Of a DNA stretch of 38,474 nucleotides, positions 17,545-26,262 are shown piece by piece. The translations under genes were made by a program, and so were the position numbers. The stretch is from a virus (taxonomy: Duplodnaviria > Caudoviricetes), in IMG/VR virus record IMGVR_UViG_3300015203_000016, positions 1-38,474 of that record. The stretch is one strand, 5' to 3'. Position 1 is the first letter of the stretch. Each line of letters opens with the position of its first letter. Under the pieces are notes generated by a model. It had not been told where the DNA came from, made no database searches, and worked only from the letters and a program-made list of their open reading frames with translations.

Positions 17545-18278
17545 GACAGCGCCGCCCGGATCGTCGCGGTGCGTTCTGTCAACGCGTCACGGTCCTCGAC
17601 CAGCCCGGCACGGAACGCCCGGATGCGATCGGCGTCCCAGCCGTAGCCCGCACACTGCTCGGCGACGGCCCGGTTGTGCTCCACGACCTCCGCCCGGTAG
17701 GCGGAGCCGAAGCCGGTCGCTGGATCGTGCGTGAGCGAGCCCTCGCGGATGCGCTTGTGATAGCCGGGGATGGTGTTCCACTTGATCGGCGCGAAGTGCG
17801 GCAGGATGTCCTCGAAGAGCAGGGTGTCCTGCCCGCATCGTCGATCCGCCCCATAGCCGCCGACGGAGCGCAGGAGTTCGGCATCGAAGACGCCGAACTC
17901 CACCATCGCCCGATCGTTCGTGCGCAGGTGCATCGAGTCGGGGTAGTGCCACCAGACTGCGCCCGAGGCTTTCGCGGGACCATCAATCGCCATGAGGTTC
18001 GCGAGGTAGTCGGGATCGGTCCAGTCGTCCGCCCCGTGCGGGGCGTACCACTCGAAGGGGTTGCCCATGAGCATCGCCTGCTGCGTGAACGGGGCGCCCC
18101 GGTTGTCGGGGAACGTCACCACGGCGAGACGGTCGTCGGTGATCGTGAGCGGTGGCATCTCCCCGTCGCCCGCGACGAGGCACACGAGGTCGCGGTAGGT
18201 CTGGGCGAGGACGTGGCGCACCGCCTGCTCGATGTAGTCGGCGCAGCCGTAGAACGGGATCGCCACCATGACGGTCAT
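17541..18278 (-). CDS. glycosyltransferase, GT2-like
   Basis: VMVAIPFY..YIEQAV..VLAQT, GADD, VGGY, GQD. Confidence 0.85.
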   Translation of the reverse strand: MTVMVAIPFYGCADYIEQAVRHVLAQTYRDLVCLVAGDGEMPPLTITDDRLAVVTFPDNRGAPFTQQAMLMGNPFEWYAPHGADDWTDPDYLANLMAIDGPAKASGAVWWHYPDSMHLRTNDRAMVEFGVFDAELLRSVGGYGADRRCGQDTLLFEDILPHFAPIKWNTIPGYHKRIREGSLTHDPATGFGSAYRAEVVEHNRAVAEQCAGYGWDADRIRAFRAGLVEDRDALTERTATIRAALS

Positions 18279-18949
18279 GCGTACTCCGCGATGGCTTCGC
18301 GTCGGAGCTCCGCGAACCGCGGCTCCCGGACCAGCGGCAGCGGCCCGCTCATGTTCTGGTGGTGGCGGCGGTACAGCCACGTCGGCTCGGTGATCGTCGT
18401 GAACCGTGCGCCCTTCGAGGCGAGGGCCAGCCAGAGGGTGAGCATCATGGCGCGCTCCCGCTCCGGTCGTAGAAGCCCCTCAGCCACCGAACGTCGAAGG
18501 AGCGCGCCATCATTGACCGCCACGATGTCGGCCTTCAGGTCCTCGAAGGTGACGGGCGGCAGGATGTAGGGCTGGCGGAAGTCTAGGTCCGGCCCGACGA
18601 GGTTGTACGAGTTCGCCACCACGTCGGCGTCCTCGATCGCGGCGAGGTTGAGGGTGAACCAGTCCGGCAGCATGATGTCGTCGTCGCCCCAGAACGACGT
18701 ATACGTGGAGTCGGACGCCTCGAAGCCCGCCGCGAGGGTCGCAGCGACCCCGCCGTTGACATCCCGGCGGATGTAGTCGGCCCCGAACCGCCGCGCGGTG
18801 TCCTCGGCCGACGAGAGCCCGGCGTCATCGACCACCAGCACCCGGATGCTGGCATCGGTGCGCTCACGGGCGACGTTGATGCTCTCCAGCTCCTCGGCCA
18901 GCCATCGCGGGCGGTCGTAGGTGGCCACGATGATCGTGACGTCAGTCAT
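18275..18949 (-). CDS. glycosyltransferase, GT2
   Basis: VTIIVATYDR, VVDDA, GDDD, LYRRH. Confidence 0.9.
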   Translation of the reverse strand: MTDVTIIVATYDRPRWLAEELESINVARERTDASIRVLVVDDAGLSSAEDTARRFGADYIRRDVNGGVAATLAAGFEASDSTYTSFWGDDDIMLPDWFTLNLAAIEDADVVANSYNLVGPDLDFRQPYILPPVTFEDLKADIVAVNDGALLRRSVAEGLLRPERERAMMLTLWLALASKGARFTTITEPTWLYRRHHQNMSGPLPLVREPRFAELRREAIAEYA

Positions 18950-19016
18950 CGCCGGCTCGCAGGTAGGCGATGCCCACGATGACCGCCGACACCGCGTAGA
19001 TCACCAGGACGATCAT
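18942..19016 (-). CDS. 24-aa membrane peptide
   Basis: MIVLVIYAVSAVIVGIAYLRAGDD; overlaps both neighbours. Confidence 0.4.
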   Translation of the reverse strand: MIVLVIYAVSAVIVGIAYLRAGDD

Positions 19017-19546
19017 GTGAACTGCTCGTGGTAGATCGAGAGGTTGCCCGCCGCCGTCCGTCGGGCGTTGGGCATGAGCGCCCGGTAGTCGTGGGCGTAC
19101 TGGTAGGCGGTCGATTGCCCCGTCTCGTCCCAGTCCATGACCACGAGATCCCGCCGCGCCCACGTCCGCATCCGGTCGAGGACCGCGCCCACGTCCTCGC
19201 GGTGCAGGTGGCCCAGGACGGAGATGGCGAGCACGAGGTCCCACTGGCGGTCGCTGGTGAAGATGGCGAGGTCGGAGCAGATCACCTCCGCGTCGGGGAA
19301 CCGCGACTGCGTCGTCGCCACGAGGTCGGGCGAGACATCGACCCCGGTGTAGGCGGCCATCGGGTTGAGGCGGGCGATGTTCGCGGCGATGCGCCCGTAA
19401 CCGCAACCGAGGTCGAGCACGGTATCGAACGGGATCAACCCCAGCAGCATTGAGAGCGCGGGGTCCTCCGCGTTCCAGTTCTCGGGGTGCTCGGACGCGA
19501 AGGTCTTCCCCCGATCCGTCCAGTAGGTGACGGGATCGTACGTCAC
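19013..19546 (-). CDS. class I SAM-dependent methyltransferase
   Basis: VLDLGCGYGR, YTGVDVS, WDLVLAISVLGH. Confidence 0.9.
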   Translation of the reverse strand: MTYDPVTYWTDRGKTFASEHPENWNAEDPALSMLLGLIPFDTVLDLGCGYGRIAANIARLNPMAAYTGVDVSPDLVATTQSRFPDAEVICSDLAIFTSDRQWDLVLAISVLGHLHREDVGAVLDRMRTWARRDLVVMDWDETGQSTAYQYAHDYRALMPNARRTAAGNLSIYHEQFT

Positions 19547-20172
19547 GCGTTCACCACGATCCGCTCGTAGGCGGCGATCTTCTCAGCCGAGTCGGCCACG
19601 CGGGAGTGGATCAGCCACGCTGCTCGGGGGGCCTTCGGCATATACGGCGACTCCCGGAGGTGGTCCTCGGGCTTGCCATAGATCGACACCTGCTCGTGGA
19701 TGGGCTTGTACCACCGACCAGCCTCGCGGCGGAAGAGCCGGACGTGCCAGTCCTGCTCGTCCCAGTTGTCGTCGAGGCGCCCGTCGTAGTAGTTGCGCGT
19801 CCAGAAGAGATACGCGCGGGGGTAGACGTGCGGGGTGCCCTGCCACGTCGTGTCCCGGACCTCGGACGCATCCACGGCCCGGATGAAGTCGATCATCGCG
19901 AGCGACGGCATCTCGTCGGGGTCGAGGTGGAGTATCCAGTCGCCCGTGCAGTGCGGGAGCGCCGCGTTGCGGGCGGTGGCGAAGTCGTCCACCCAGCCGA
20001 ACGGAACGAGCGTCACGTTCGGCCAGGTGGACATGGTGGCAACCGTCTCCGGCGCCGTGCGGTCATCGACCACGATCACCGTCTCATGGACGGCTGGCCG
20101 CAGCATCTCCAGTTGGAGTGCGAGGCGGTCGAGTGGCGGGTCCTTGACCAGCATGGCGACGGAAACGGTCAC
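19543..20172 (-). CDS. glycosyltransferase, GT2
   Basis: VSVAMLVKD, WVDDFATARN..CTGDWILHLDPDE, RLFR, IHE. Confidence 0.9.
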   Translation of the reverse strand: MTVSVAMLVKDPPLDRLALQLEMLRPAVHETVIVVDDRTAPETVATMSTWPNVTLVPFGWVDDFATARNAALPHCTGDWILHLDPDEMPSLAMIDFIRAVDASEVRDTTWQGTPHVYPRAYLFWTRNYYDGRLDDNWDEQDWHVRLFRREAGRWYKPIHEQVSIYGKPEDHLRESPYMPKAPRAAWLIHSRVADSAEKIAAYERIVVNA

Positions 20173-20190
20173 GGGTCGATCCTCCCGAGG

Positions 20191-20370
20191 TTACTTCTGC
20201 GGGGCCTCGGACTCCTTGACGGAGCCGGTCTCGCTGGCTGGTCCCACGCCCTTGATGCCCTGCTGGTCAGTCTTGGGCGGGTTGGGGTTGGCGGTGCCGG
20301 GGAGGTCGCTCGTCGGGAACTGCGTCCCCGTCGGGGTCTTCTCGGAACCTGTCGGCTTGATGTCTGCCAC
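20191..20370 (-). CDS. 59-aa low-complexity (P/T/S/G/K) protein after the capsid gene
   Basis: read by hand: MADIKPTGSEKTPTGTQFPTSDLPGTANPNPPKTDQQG...EAPQK. Confidence 0.55.
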   Translation of the reverse strand: MADIKPTGSEKTPTGTQFPTSDLPGTANPNPPKTDQQGIKGVGPASETGSVKESEAPQK

Positions 20371-20387
20371 GGGAGCACTACTTTCGG

Positions 20388-20419
20388 GTGTGGGGGGAGG
20401 ACTTAGCCTCCCCCCACGC
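20388..20419 (-). terminator. strong hairpin after the capsid gene (attenuator or mRNA stabiliser)
   Basis: gtggggggagg (20390-20400)/cctccccccac (20407-20417); no U tract. Confidence 0.55.
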
Positions 20420-20423
20420 TAGG

Positions 20424-21941
20424 TCACGGGATGGTGCTGGTGATGAGCTGGAGAGCGCCCACGGACACGGCCGAGGATGCGTTGAAGCCGATCTCCTCCT
20501 CGCCACGGAAGCCGATCAGGTTCAGGTCCCAGCGGGTGCCAGCCTGATCGGACGTGTCGATGCGGAGCTCCATGCCACGGTAGAGCTTGAGCTGCGACCA
20601 CTCGCCACCGATGGCGATCTTGGTCGTGCCGGTGTTGGTGTTGAGGTTGGCGTCGTAGTAGACCGGGACGCCCCAGTAGGAGAGCGCGCCCGAAGCGGTG
20701 CGGGTGAAGCCGGTCGGGCCACCCGCTGGATTGACCCAGAAGCCCGCCGTGTCGGAGCCCTGGTCGATGGCGGTCCAGAACGTGGTCGAGTCCACGACCC
20801 ACGCCTCGGGCTCTCGGGATCGGCTCGCCAGCGCAGACGACGCGCTGGTCAGGGCCGATGCGAACGAACCGGCGAGGGTGGAGTTGGACGCGGCCGCGAA
20901 CGCCGTCTTGTAAGTGTTGGAGCCCGAGTTGAGGGCGGTGTAGACGCCCGTTGTCGGGTCGCCCGTGTAGCCGCCCGTGCCCGTGCCGGCACCGGCGATC
21001 ATGTAGTAGTTCTCGCCGAGGATGATGCCTCGGGTCACTTCGTCCATGACATCCTGCTCGGCCGCGCCTGAGCTGAACCGGGCGAACTGCTTGCCGATGT
21101 CGTAGATGATCGCGATCGTGCCGAGGTACGCGCTGTACGTGCCGTAGGCAAGGTTCACGTTCGTCTTGGTGGTGCCCCAGTCCTGGAACGTCGCCCGCTG
21201 GGCGGCCGAGGTTCGGTACGGCTGATCGACACCGCGGACGGCCACGCCGTTGATGACGGTGACGAGCTGCTGGAGGACCGCCCGCTGGGTGGCGGGCTTC
21301 AGGACCCGATCGACGAGGTTGTTCGGCAGGACGAACCCGCCGGCCGCGCCGGTCGTGCCGAGGGTGGCCTTGTTGACCGAGCCGTCGCTGTTGAACGACG
21401 CCTTCGCGTCGAACACGCCCTGACCCGCGGTGGACAGCGACGGCAGGCCGTCGAAGTAGCCGAGGGACAGGTTGCCGAGGCTGGCCTTGCCGGTCTGCAT
21501 CAGCGACGGGTCGAAGTGACCGTCGTAGCCGACGCCGCGGGCGTTGAGCAGGGCGTCGAAGAACGTCCCGCCCTCGTAGCCGTCTTCGAAGGCCGCTTCC
21601 ATGAAGGAGGACGCCTTGACGGCGGAACGCGGGCGGAGGCCGACCGGGCCCTTCGGGGCCGGCTGGCTGCCACCGACGATGCTCGCCTTGCTGGCGGAGC
21701 GGTTGTCGTGCATCAGGCGAGCCATCGACTCGACCTGCGCTTCGAGGGTTTCGAGCCGCTTGGCCTTGATCGCCGCGAGTTCGCGGTCCTCGTCGGCGGC
21801 GGTCAGCTTGTCCGCGATCTCGGCCTGCCCATCGAGCGCGGCGGCCTTGCGGCCCCCGTCCCCGTCGGCGGTTTCGAGCCGCTCATTGACCTTTCGCATC
21901 TCGCCCAGGAGGGCCTCGATGCGCTCTTCGGGTGTGGACAC
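20424..21941 (-). CDS. major capsid protein, HK97 fold with an N-terminal scaffold-like segment
   Basis: coiled N-terminus, GGFVLP, YWGVPVYY, AIGGEWS, RWDLNLIGFRGEEEIGF. Confidence 0.92.
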   Translation of the reverse strand: MSTPEERIEALLGEMRKVNERLETADGDGGRKAAALDGQAEIADKLTAADEDRELAAIKAKRLETLEAQVESMARLMHDNRSASKASIVGGSQPAPKGPVGLRPRSAVKASSFMEAAFEDGYEGGTFFDALLNARGVGYDGHFDPSLMQTGKASLGNLSLGYFDGLPSLSTAGQGVFDAKASFNSDGSVNKATLGTTGAAGGFVLPNNLVDRVLKPATQRAVLQQLVTVINGVAVRGVDQPYRTSAAQRATFQDWGTTKTNVNLAYGTYSAYLGTIAIIYDIGKQFARFSSGAAEQDVMDEVTRGIILGENYYMIAGAGTGTGGYTGDPTTGVYTALNSGSNTYKTAFAAASNSTLAGSFASALTSASSALASRSREPEAWVVDSTTFWTAIDQGSDTAGFWVNPAGGPTGFTRTASGALSYWGVPVYYDANLNTNTGTTKIAIGGEWSQLKLYRGMELRIDTSDQAGTRWDLNLIGFRGEEEIGFNASSAVSVGALQLITSTIP

Positions 21942-21949
21942 TGGTTCTC

Positions 21950-22759
21950 CTACGATGTTCGAAGGGTTGGATACCGCTCTTGCAAGCGGCCGAGCAGCGC
22001 CTCGACTTCCGTGAGCACCGCGTCGTAATCGAGTTGCCGGGCCTTCGCCGCGGGATCGCCGGCGCTCTCGCGCAAGGTCTCCCGAAGGTCGGTGCCAAGG
22101 TCGTCGATGCCGGCGACGGCCGCACGGATGGCGGCGACGCTAACCTCGTCGAAGGGAAGGTCCGCCGAGAGCACCGCCTTCAGGGACGGGACCACGGCGT
22201 AGATGTTCTGCGGTGAGGTGCTGATGGTGTGGCGGATCACCGGCCACTGCTCGACGTGCCCGTCGGTCGCCTTGCGGATGGCGCTCCCGATGGCCTGCGA
22301 GCTGCCGAAGATCGCGGTGCCGCGTGCTTGGAGGGCCTTGATGAGCGCGAGCCGCTTCTCGCCCGCCTTCGCCCAGAAGTCCGCGGCCACGCCCTCGTAG
22401 TCGCCGTCATCGGCGGCCAGCGTCGAGGGGCCTTCGTCGAGGGTGATCCGCCCGAGGATCGCGCCCTTCATCGAGGGGACGGAGCCCGGTACGCCCTCGG
22501 TCTGGTCGTGGTGCCAGTCCACGATCCGGTCGCGGTTGGCCCGGAGGAACGGGAACGGCCCGTAGAGGTCGGTCGCCTCGTCGAAGTAGTCGCCGTCGAG
22601 GTCGAGCCCCGACTTGCCACCGGGAAGGGGGCCGCCGAAGGGGATCACCATGATCCGCCGGGAGCGTTCACCCGCCAGCCACGAGTTGAGCTCCTTGCTG
22701 GTGAGCGGTGCGGCCTTGAGTTCGCGCATCGTCTTGGCGGCGCTGGTCATCTGTGCCAT
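21950..22759 (-). CDS. prohead maturation protease (putative)
   Basis: IPFGGP..DLDGDYF..DWHH..GSS..ISTSP; directly before the capsid gene. Confidence 0.7.
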   Translation of the reverse strand: MAQMTSAAKTMRELKAAPLTSKELNSWLAGERSRRIMVIPFGGPLPGGKSGLDLDGDYFDEATDLYGPFPFLRANRDRIVDWHHDQTEGVPGSVPSMKGAILGRITLDEGPSTLAADDGDYEGVAADFWAKAGEKRLALIKALQARGTAIFGSSQAIGSAIRKATDGHVEQWPVIRHTISTSPQNIYAVVPSLKAVLSADLPFDEVSVAAIRAAVAGIDDLGTDLRETLRESAGDPAAKARQLDYDAVLTEVEALLGRLQERYPTLRTS

Positions 22760-22768
22760 GTCAGGCTC

Positions 22769-23209
22769 CTACGTTGTCGCCAGCCCGACCTTGGTGTAGG
22801 CCGAACCGTTCCATGCGTACAGACCGCCGGTCGTGGCGGCGGTATCGAAGTAGAGGAGGCTCGTAAATGTCGCGCCGGGTGCCCCGGAACCCGAGGTGAG
22901 AACTTCGGACAGCCACATCACACCGACCGACGTGTCGGGACTGTCCGCCCCGGCAAGGATTTGGCCGATCCCTGCGAAGTGCCCCGTTCCCCCTGCGGTC
23001 CCCCCCTTGCTCTTGACGATGAGACCGCCCTCTAGCCCCGCTGCGTCACCTTCCCCGCCCTGCGTAATGATCCGAGCCCCATTGACGCCGTTAGGCGACG
23101 TGGCACCTCCGATAGCCACATCACCGCCGTAGCCGTTGGGATTGTCGGAACCTGCGCTCGCATTCACGTTGGCCCCGAACGGGCTGTTCGTGATGGATGA
23201 GTTGCCCAT
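22769..23209 (-). CDS. Gly-rich virion protein (head fibre/decoration-like)
   Basis: ends LYFDTAATTGGLYAWNGSAYTKV; between portal and protease. Confidence 0.55.
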   Translation of the reverse strand: MGNSSITNSPFGANVNASAGSDNPNGYGGDVAIGGATSPNGVNGARIITQGGEGDAAGLEGGLIVKSKGGTAGGTGHFAGIGQILAGADSPDTSVGVMWLSEVLTSGSGAPGATFTSLLYFDTAATTGGLYAWNGSAYTKVGLATT

Positions 23210-23217
23210 TGCATTCC

Positions 23218-26097
23218 CTAGATCACTGGCAGGAAGTCGCGGGTACAGTTCGTTACCACGAAGCCGCTGCTACAATAGAGGCTATCTACGGCGGAGGCGT
23301 CATAGGCCCAGCCGATCCAGTGGGTCGCCTCGATGGCGACGATCGGGAGGAGTGCGAAGTGACCAGCACCGGCGCCGCTCATGCCGCCAGACGCGGCCAG
23401 AAGGACTCGCTCCTTACTCGGGAGCGACGCGCCCTTGCGCGCTTCCGTCGCCAGTTGGGCACCGGCACCCGCGAGGACCAGTTCGCGGCTCTCCTCCGCG
23501 ATGCCGAGGTCCCATTCCTGCGCCAGTTTCCCAGCGGGCCATACAACATCGACTTCGCCCTGACAGAACACTCCGTCGTGGTGGAAGTCGTCACCGGCGG
23601 CGGCAATACGAACGTGGCGGCGGCCCGGAAGGATCGACTCGAATACCTGCTCGATCGCTGGAACCTGTTCGAGCTCCAGTTCTCCGGTGCGCAGCGCGCG
23701 GAGCAGGTCATCGTGGCGAAGGTCATAGACGAGTTGCTGGCCTTCCTCCAGGAGACGCGCCGGAGTCATGCCGTGTTCGGCAAGCATCGGGTGGTTCGGC
23801 CCGATGGTCACCGTCCGATCCCCCGCAAGCGTCACCCGCATGGCGGGCCCGTCGTACCACGCGCGGCGCATCTCCAAGAGCCCGCCGTAGGGGATGAAGG
23901 TCGATCCGCCTAGCACCGCGTTCGGATGGCCCAGTTCGTCGGGAGCCTCGGTGATCGGCACGGTCACGTCGGCCCACGGGGCGCAGATGTCGTCCCCGTC
24001 GCCGTCGAGGACCTGGATCATCTCGATCCCGAAGTCCGAATACGACCCGAGCGCGGCGGCGTTGTACGCGGTGCCAGTCTCGGTGCGGGCGATGAGCTCG
24101 CTGCGGTACTCGTCGAAGCCCGACCACGCCTCGATGGCGTCCCCGAGCTCGGCCGGGCCCATGCCCTGCTCGATGCCCTGAACCACGAGGTCGTTGATCC
24201 CGTCGCGGGTCGTCTTGTTGATGCCCGTGACCTTCGCCGCGCCGCGGGTGAGGACGGACGTGATCGCGCCGTTCATGACGGGGTTGCCGCTGCTATCGAC
24301 GAGCGGATCGGCCTTGCGCCCGCGCATGACCGTATCCCCGACGTGGGTGCGGACGTGCTCCGCCACTCCGAGGAGCGCGGGCTTGATCGCGGCGACCATC
24401 GCCTCGTCCCACTTGGCGTTCGGCGGCCACCACAGCGTCGTATCGGACGGCTTGGCCTTGATCCGCTCGTACTGGCCTCGCACCCGCCCGGCGATGTCGC
24501 GCTTCTGGGCATCGAGGACGAGCGACACGCTACCGCGCATCTGCGGGATCACCCGTGCGCTGAGGTTCTGCTTCAGCGCACGCATCGACCGCTGGTAGCC
24601 CGCGAGCGGCCCGCCGGTCACCGCGTCAAGGGGCAGCGGGTCGGCCTTCATCGGTTGCGCCATGACGGGCTTCGCGGTGTCGATCGGGGACAGCGCCGGG
24701 GTGGACTCGTTGGAGACGATCTCCGCCGACTCGGGTGCCCATGATGGGACGGACACGCTGCGCGGGATGTAGTTCGGGGTGGCGGCGGTCGGTCCACCGA
24801 CCGGGAAGATGCTGATCCCCGTCCAGACCTCGCCGCCGAGGGGCTTGCCGGTCGGTCCGATCAGTTCCTCGGGGAGCGGATCGAAGCCGATGAGCCCGCG
24901 ACGCTCGTCGTTGGTGAGGGCGATGAACTGCGCCTTCTGGACCTTGTCGTAGCGGGGCGAGTCGTCGTCGAACTCGGGGATGTCGAACTCGATGGTCGGC
25001 GCCCAGCCCAGCATCGTCTCGAAGGTGTCGAGGATTTCGGTGATCGCCACGCTGATCCGGGACAGGCGCGGGGTGATCGCGTTCTCCCAGAGCGCCGCCT
25101 TGTCGTACTTCCGCACGTCGCCACTGTTGAGGCCGGCGGGGGATGAGCCGCCGATCTGGCTGAGCGGGACGCGCCACAGCGCCAGCAGGTCGTCGCGGTT
25201 CTTGGTCATCAGGTCCACGAGCGCCAGTTCCGCGATGGTCGCCGCGGTCTTCGTGAAGTCGATCGGCGCCCGGACCACCTGGAGCCGCCGCGCGGAGTCG
25301 GGCTGCTCGGTGATGTTCCGCCAGTCGCGGGTCATCTGGTTGAAGATGCCGTCGTCGTCGATGAGGCCGGTCTTGGGCGAGAGGATGCCCGCCAGCCGTC
25401 CACCGGATTGCAGGACGCTGCTGAAGTGGCGGTCGATGGCGCCGTTGAGCATCGCCTTCGTCATGGCCGACTCGACGAGGCCCGGACTCCACACGCCCAT
25501 GTCGGGGGTCTGGAGGTTGATGATGATGATCTCGTTCGGCTCCAGGCGCGTCCCCTCGTAGCCCGGACGGCGGTCGAGCTGCCAGTGGTCGAGCTGGTTG
25601 TTGCTGCTGGTCGCGTAGACCGGGGTCAGGCGGTCGGGCCGGACGTAGATGATCGCCTTGGGGGTGCCGAAGGTGTTGATGCCGTCGAGGTACCACGCAC
25701 CCTGCCCCGCGAGGCCCATGTGCCGGCTGGTGATCTCCCACTGCGCGTTCCGGGACTGGATCACCCCCACCTCGGCGCGGTCGAGGGTGCCCATCGGGTT
25801 CGTGATGAGCTCGTACGCTTCCTTCGCCCGCGGATCGCCGGGGTAGGCGGCGTCGATCGTCTCCTCGTCGGGGTCTTCGAGGTGCCAGGCCACGCCCGCG
25901 AGCGGGTCCGCGATCTGCCCGCCGATGGTCGCCTCGGCCGCGCGGATGTACCCGACCTCCGTGCCCATCTGGACGTACTTCGCCATACGCTGGTTGGCAT
26001 CGCCGGTCAGGACGTTGGGCAGCAGGTACTCGGTGTTGAGGACGCCTGCGCCGGGACCGATCGGGCCGGCCTTGCGGTTCGGGACGTAGATCGCCAT
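23218..26097 (-). CDS. portal protein fused to a MuF/SPP1 gp7-like head morphogenesis domain, containing an intein
   Basis: portal motifs (GQGAWY, RPDR, LWRVP, ITPRL, TNDERR) in about aa 1-420; MuF motifs (INKTTRD, IARTET, DDIC, HPN|C) from about aa 500. Confidence 0.9.
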   Translation of the reverse strand: MAIYVPNRKAGPIGPGAGVLNTEYLLPNVLTGDANQRMAKYVQMGTEVGYIRAAEATIGGQIADPLAGVAWHLEDPDEETIDAAYPGDPRAKEAYELITNPMGTLDRAEVGVIQSRNAQWEITSRHMGLAGQGAWYLDGINTFGTPKAIIYVRPDRLTPVYATSSNNQLDHWQLDRRPGYEGTRLEPNEIIIINLQTPDMGVWSPGLVESAMTKAMLNGAIDRHFSSVLQSGGRLAGILSPKTGLIDDDGIFNQMTRDWRNITEQPDSARRLQVVRAPIDFTKTAATIAELALVDLMTKNRDDLLALWRVPLSQIGGSSPAGLNSGDVRKYDKAALWENAITPRLSRISVAITEILDTFETMLGWAPTIEFDIPEFDDDSPRYDKVQKAQFIALTNDERRGLIGFDPLPEELIGPTGKPLGGEVWTGISIFPVGGPTAATPNYIPRSVSVPSWAPESAEIVSNESTPALSPIDTAKPVMAQPMKADPLPLDAVTGGPLAGYQRSMRALKQNLSARVIPQMRGSVSLVLDAQKRDIAGRVRGQYERIKAKPSDTTLWWPPNAKWDEAMVAAIKPALLGVAEHVRTHVGDTVMRGRKADPLVDSSGNPVMNGAITSVLTRGAAKVTGINKTTRDGINDLVVQGIEQGMGPAELGDAIEAWSGFDEYRSELIARTETGTAYNAAALGSYSDFGIEMIQVLDGDGDDICAPWADVTVPITEAPDELGHPNAVLGGSTFIPYGGLLEMRRAWYDGPAMRVTLAGDRTVTIGPNHPMLAEHGMTPARLLEEGQQLVYDLRHDDLLRALRTGELELEQVPAIEQVFESILPGRRHVRIAAAGDDFHHDGVFCQGEVDVVWPAGKLAQEWDLGIAEESRELVLAGAGAQLATEARKGASLPSKERVLLAASGGMSGAGAGHFALLPIVAIEATHWIGWAYDASAVDSLYCSSGFVVTNCTRDFLPVI
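23268..23276 (+). promoter_or_regulatory. extended -10 antisense promoter inside the intein
   Basis: TGcTACAAT, formed by AT-rich intein codons TAT TGT AGC A; about 80 nt upstream of the nested gene. Confidence 0.55.
23359..23913 (+). CDS. DUF559/Vsr-like PD-(D/E)xK endonuclease nested antisense in the intein (putative homing endonuclease), 184 aa
   Basis: GGAGG 23346-23350, GTG 23359; AAHAARRGQKDS..RA basic helix, then E..F..LL...RQFPSGPYNIDFA..VVVEV..RLEYLLDRW; TAG is the complement of the intein CTA codon. Confidence 0.75.
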   Translation: MTSTGAAHAARRGQKDSLLTRERRALARFRRQLGTGTREDQFAALLRDAEVPFLRQFPSGPYNIDFALTEHSVVVEVVTGGGNTNVAAARKDRLEYLLDRWNLFELQFSGAQRAEQVIVAKVIDELLAFLQETRRSHAVFGKHRVVRPDGHRPIPRKRHPHGGPVVPRAAHLQEPAVGDEGRSA

Positions 26098-26100
26098 CGG

Positions 26101-26262
26101 TTACTCCGGGTTACGGTAGGCGAGGAAGGCCGAGAGCCCGAACCAGCACGCGGCAACGGCAAGGGAGATCGCGGCGCCGACGGGGTTGCCCGTGACGATC
26201 GAGCCCGCGGCGACGGTGAGGGCAAACGCGGCATCGAGGACGCTGACACCGGGGAGGGTCAC
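26101..26262 (-). CDS. small two-TM protein between terminase and portal
   Basis: GTGA overlap with the terL stop; hydrophobic. Confidence 0.6.
   Translation of the reverse strand: MTLPGVSVLDAAFALTVAAGSIVTGNPVGAAISLAVAACWFGLSAFLAYRNPE

Larger units (their letters stand above)
23248..23919 (-). mobile_element. intein, 224 aa (host residues 727-950), Ala1 start, no in-frame endonuclease
   Basis: GHPN|AVLGGS...TIGPNHPML...L.EGQQL...AYDAS..LYCSSGFVVTN|CTRDF; removal restores the MuF HPNC motif. Confidence 0.85.

Noticed and set aside
3043-22216. many long plus-strand ORFs (e.g. 6754-8010, 12404-13621, 14295-15707, 15446-16900)
   Set aside because: high-GC shadow frames with Arg/Gly/Val-rich composition and no recognisable motifs, unlike 23359-23913
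23197-23358. ATG 23197 as start of the nested endonuclease
   Set aside because: lies outside the intein and upstream of the putative promoter; GTG 23359 has a well spaced GGAGG and begins the motif-bearing region
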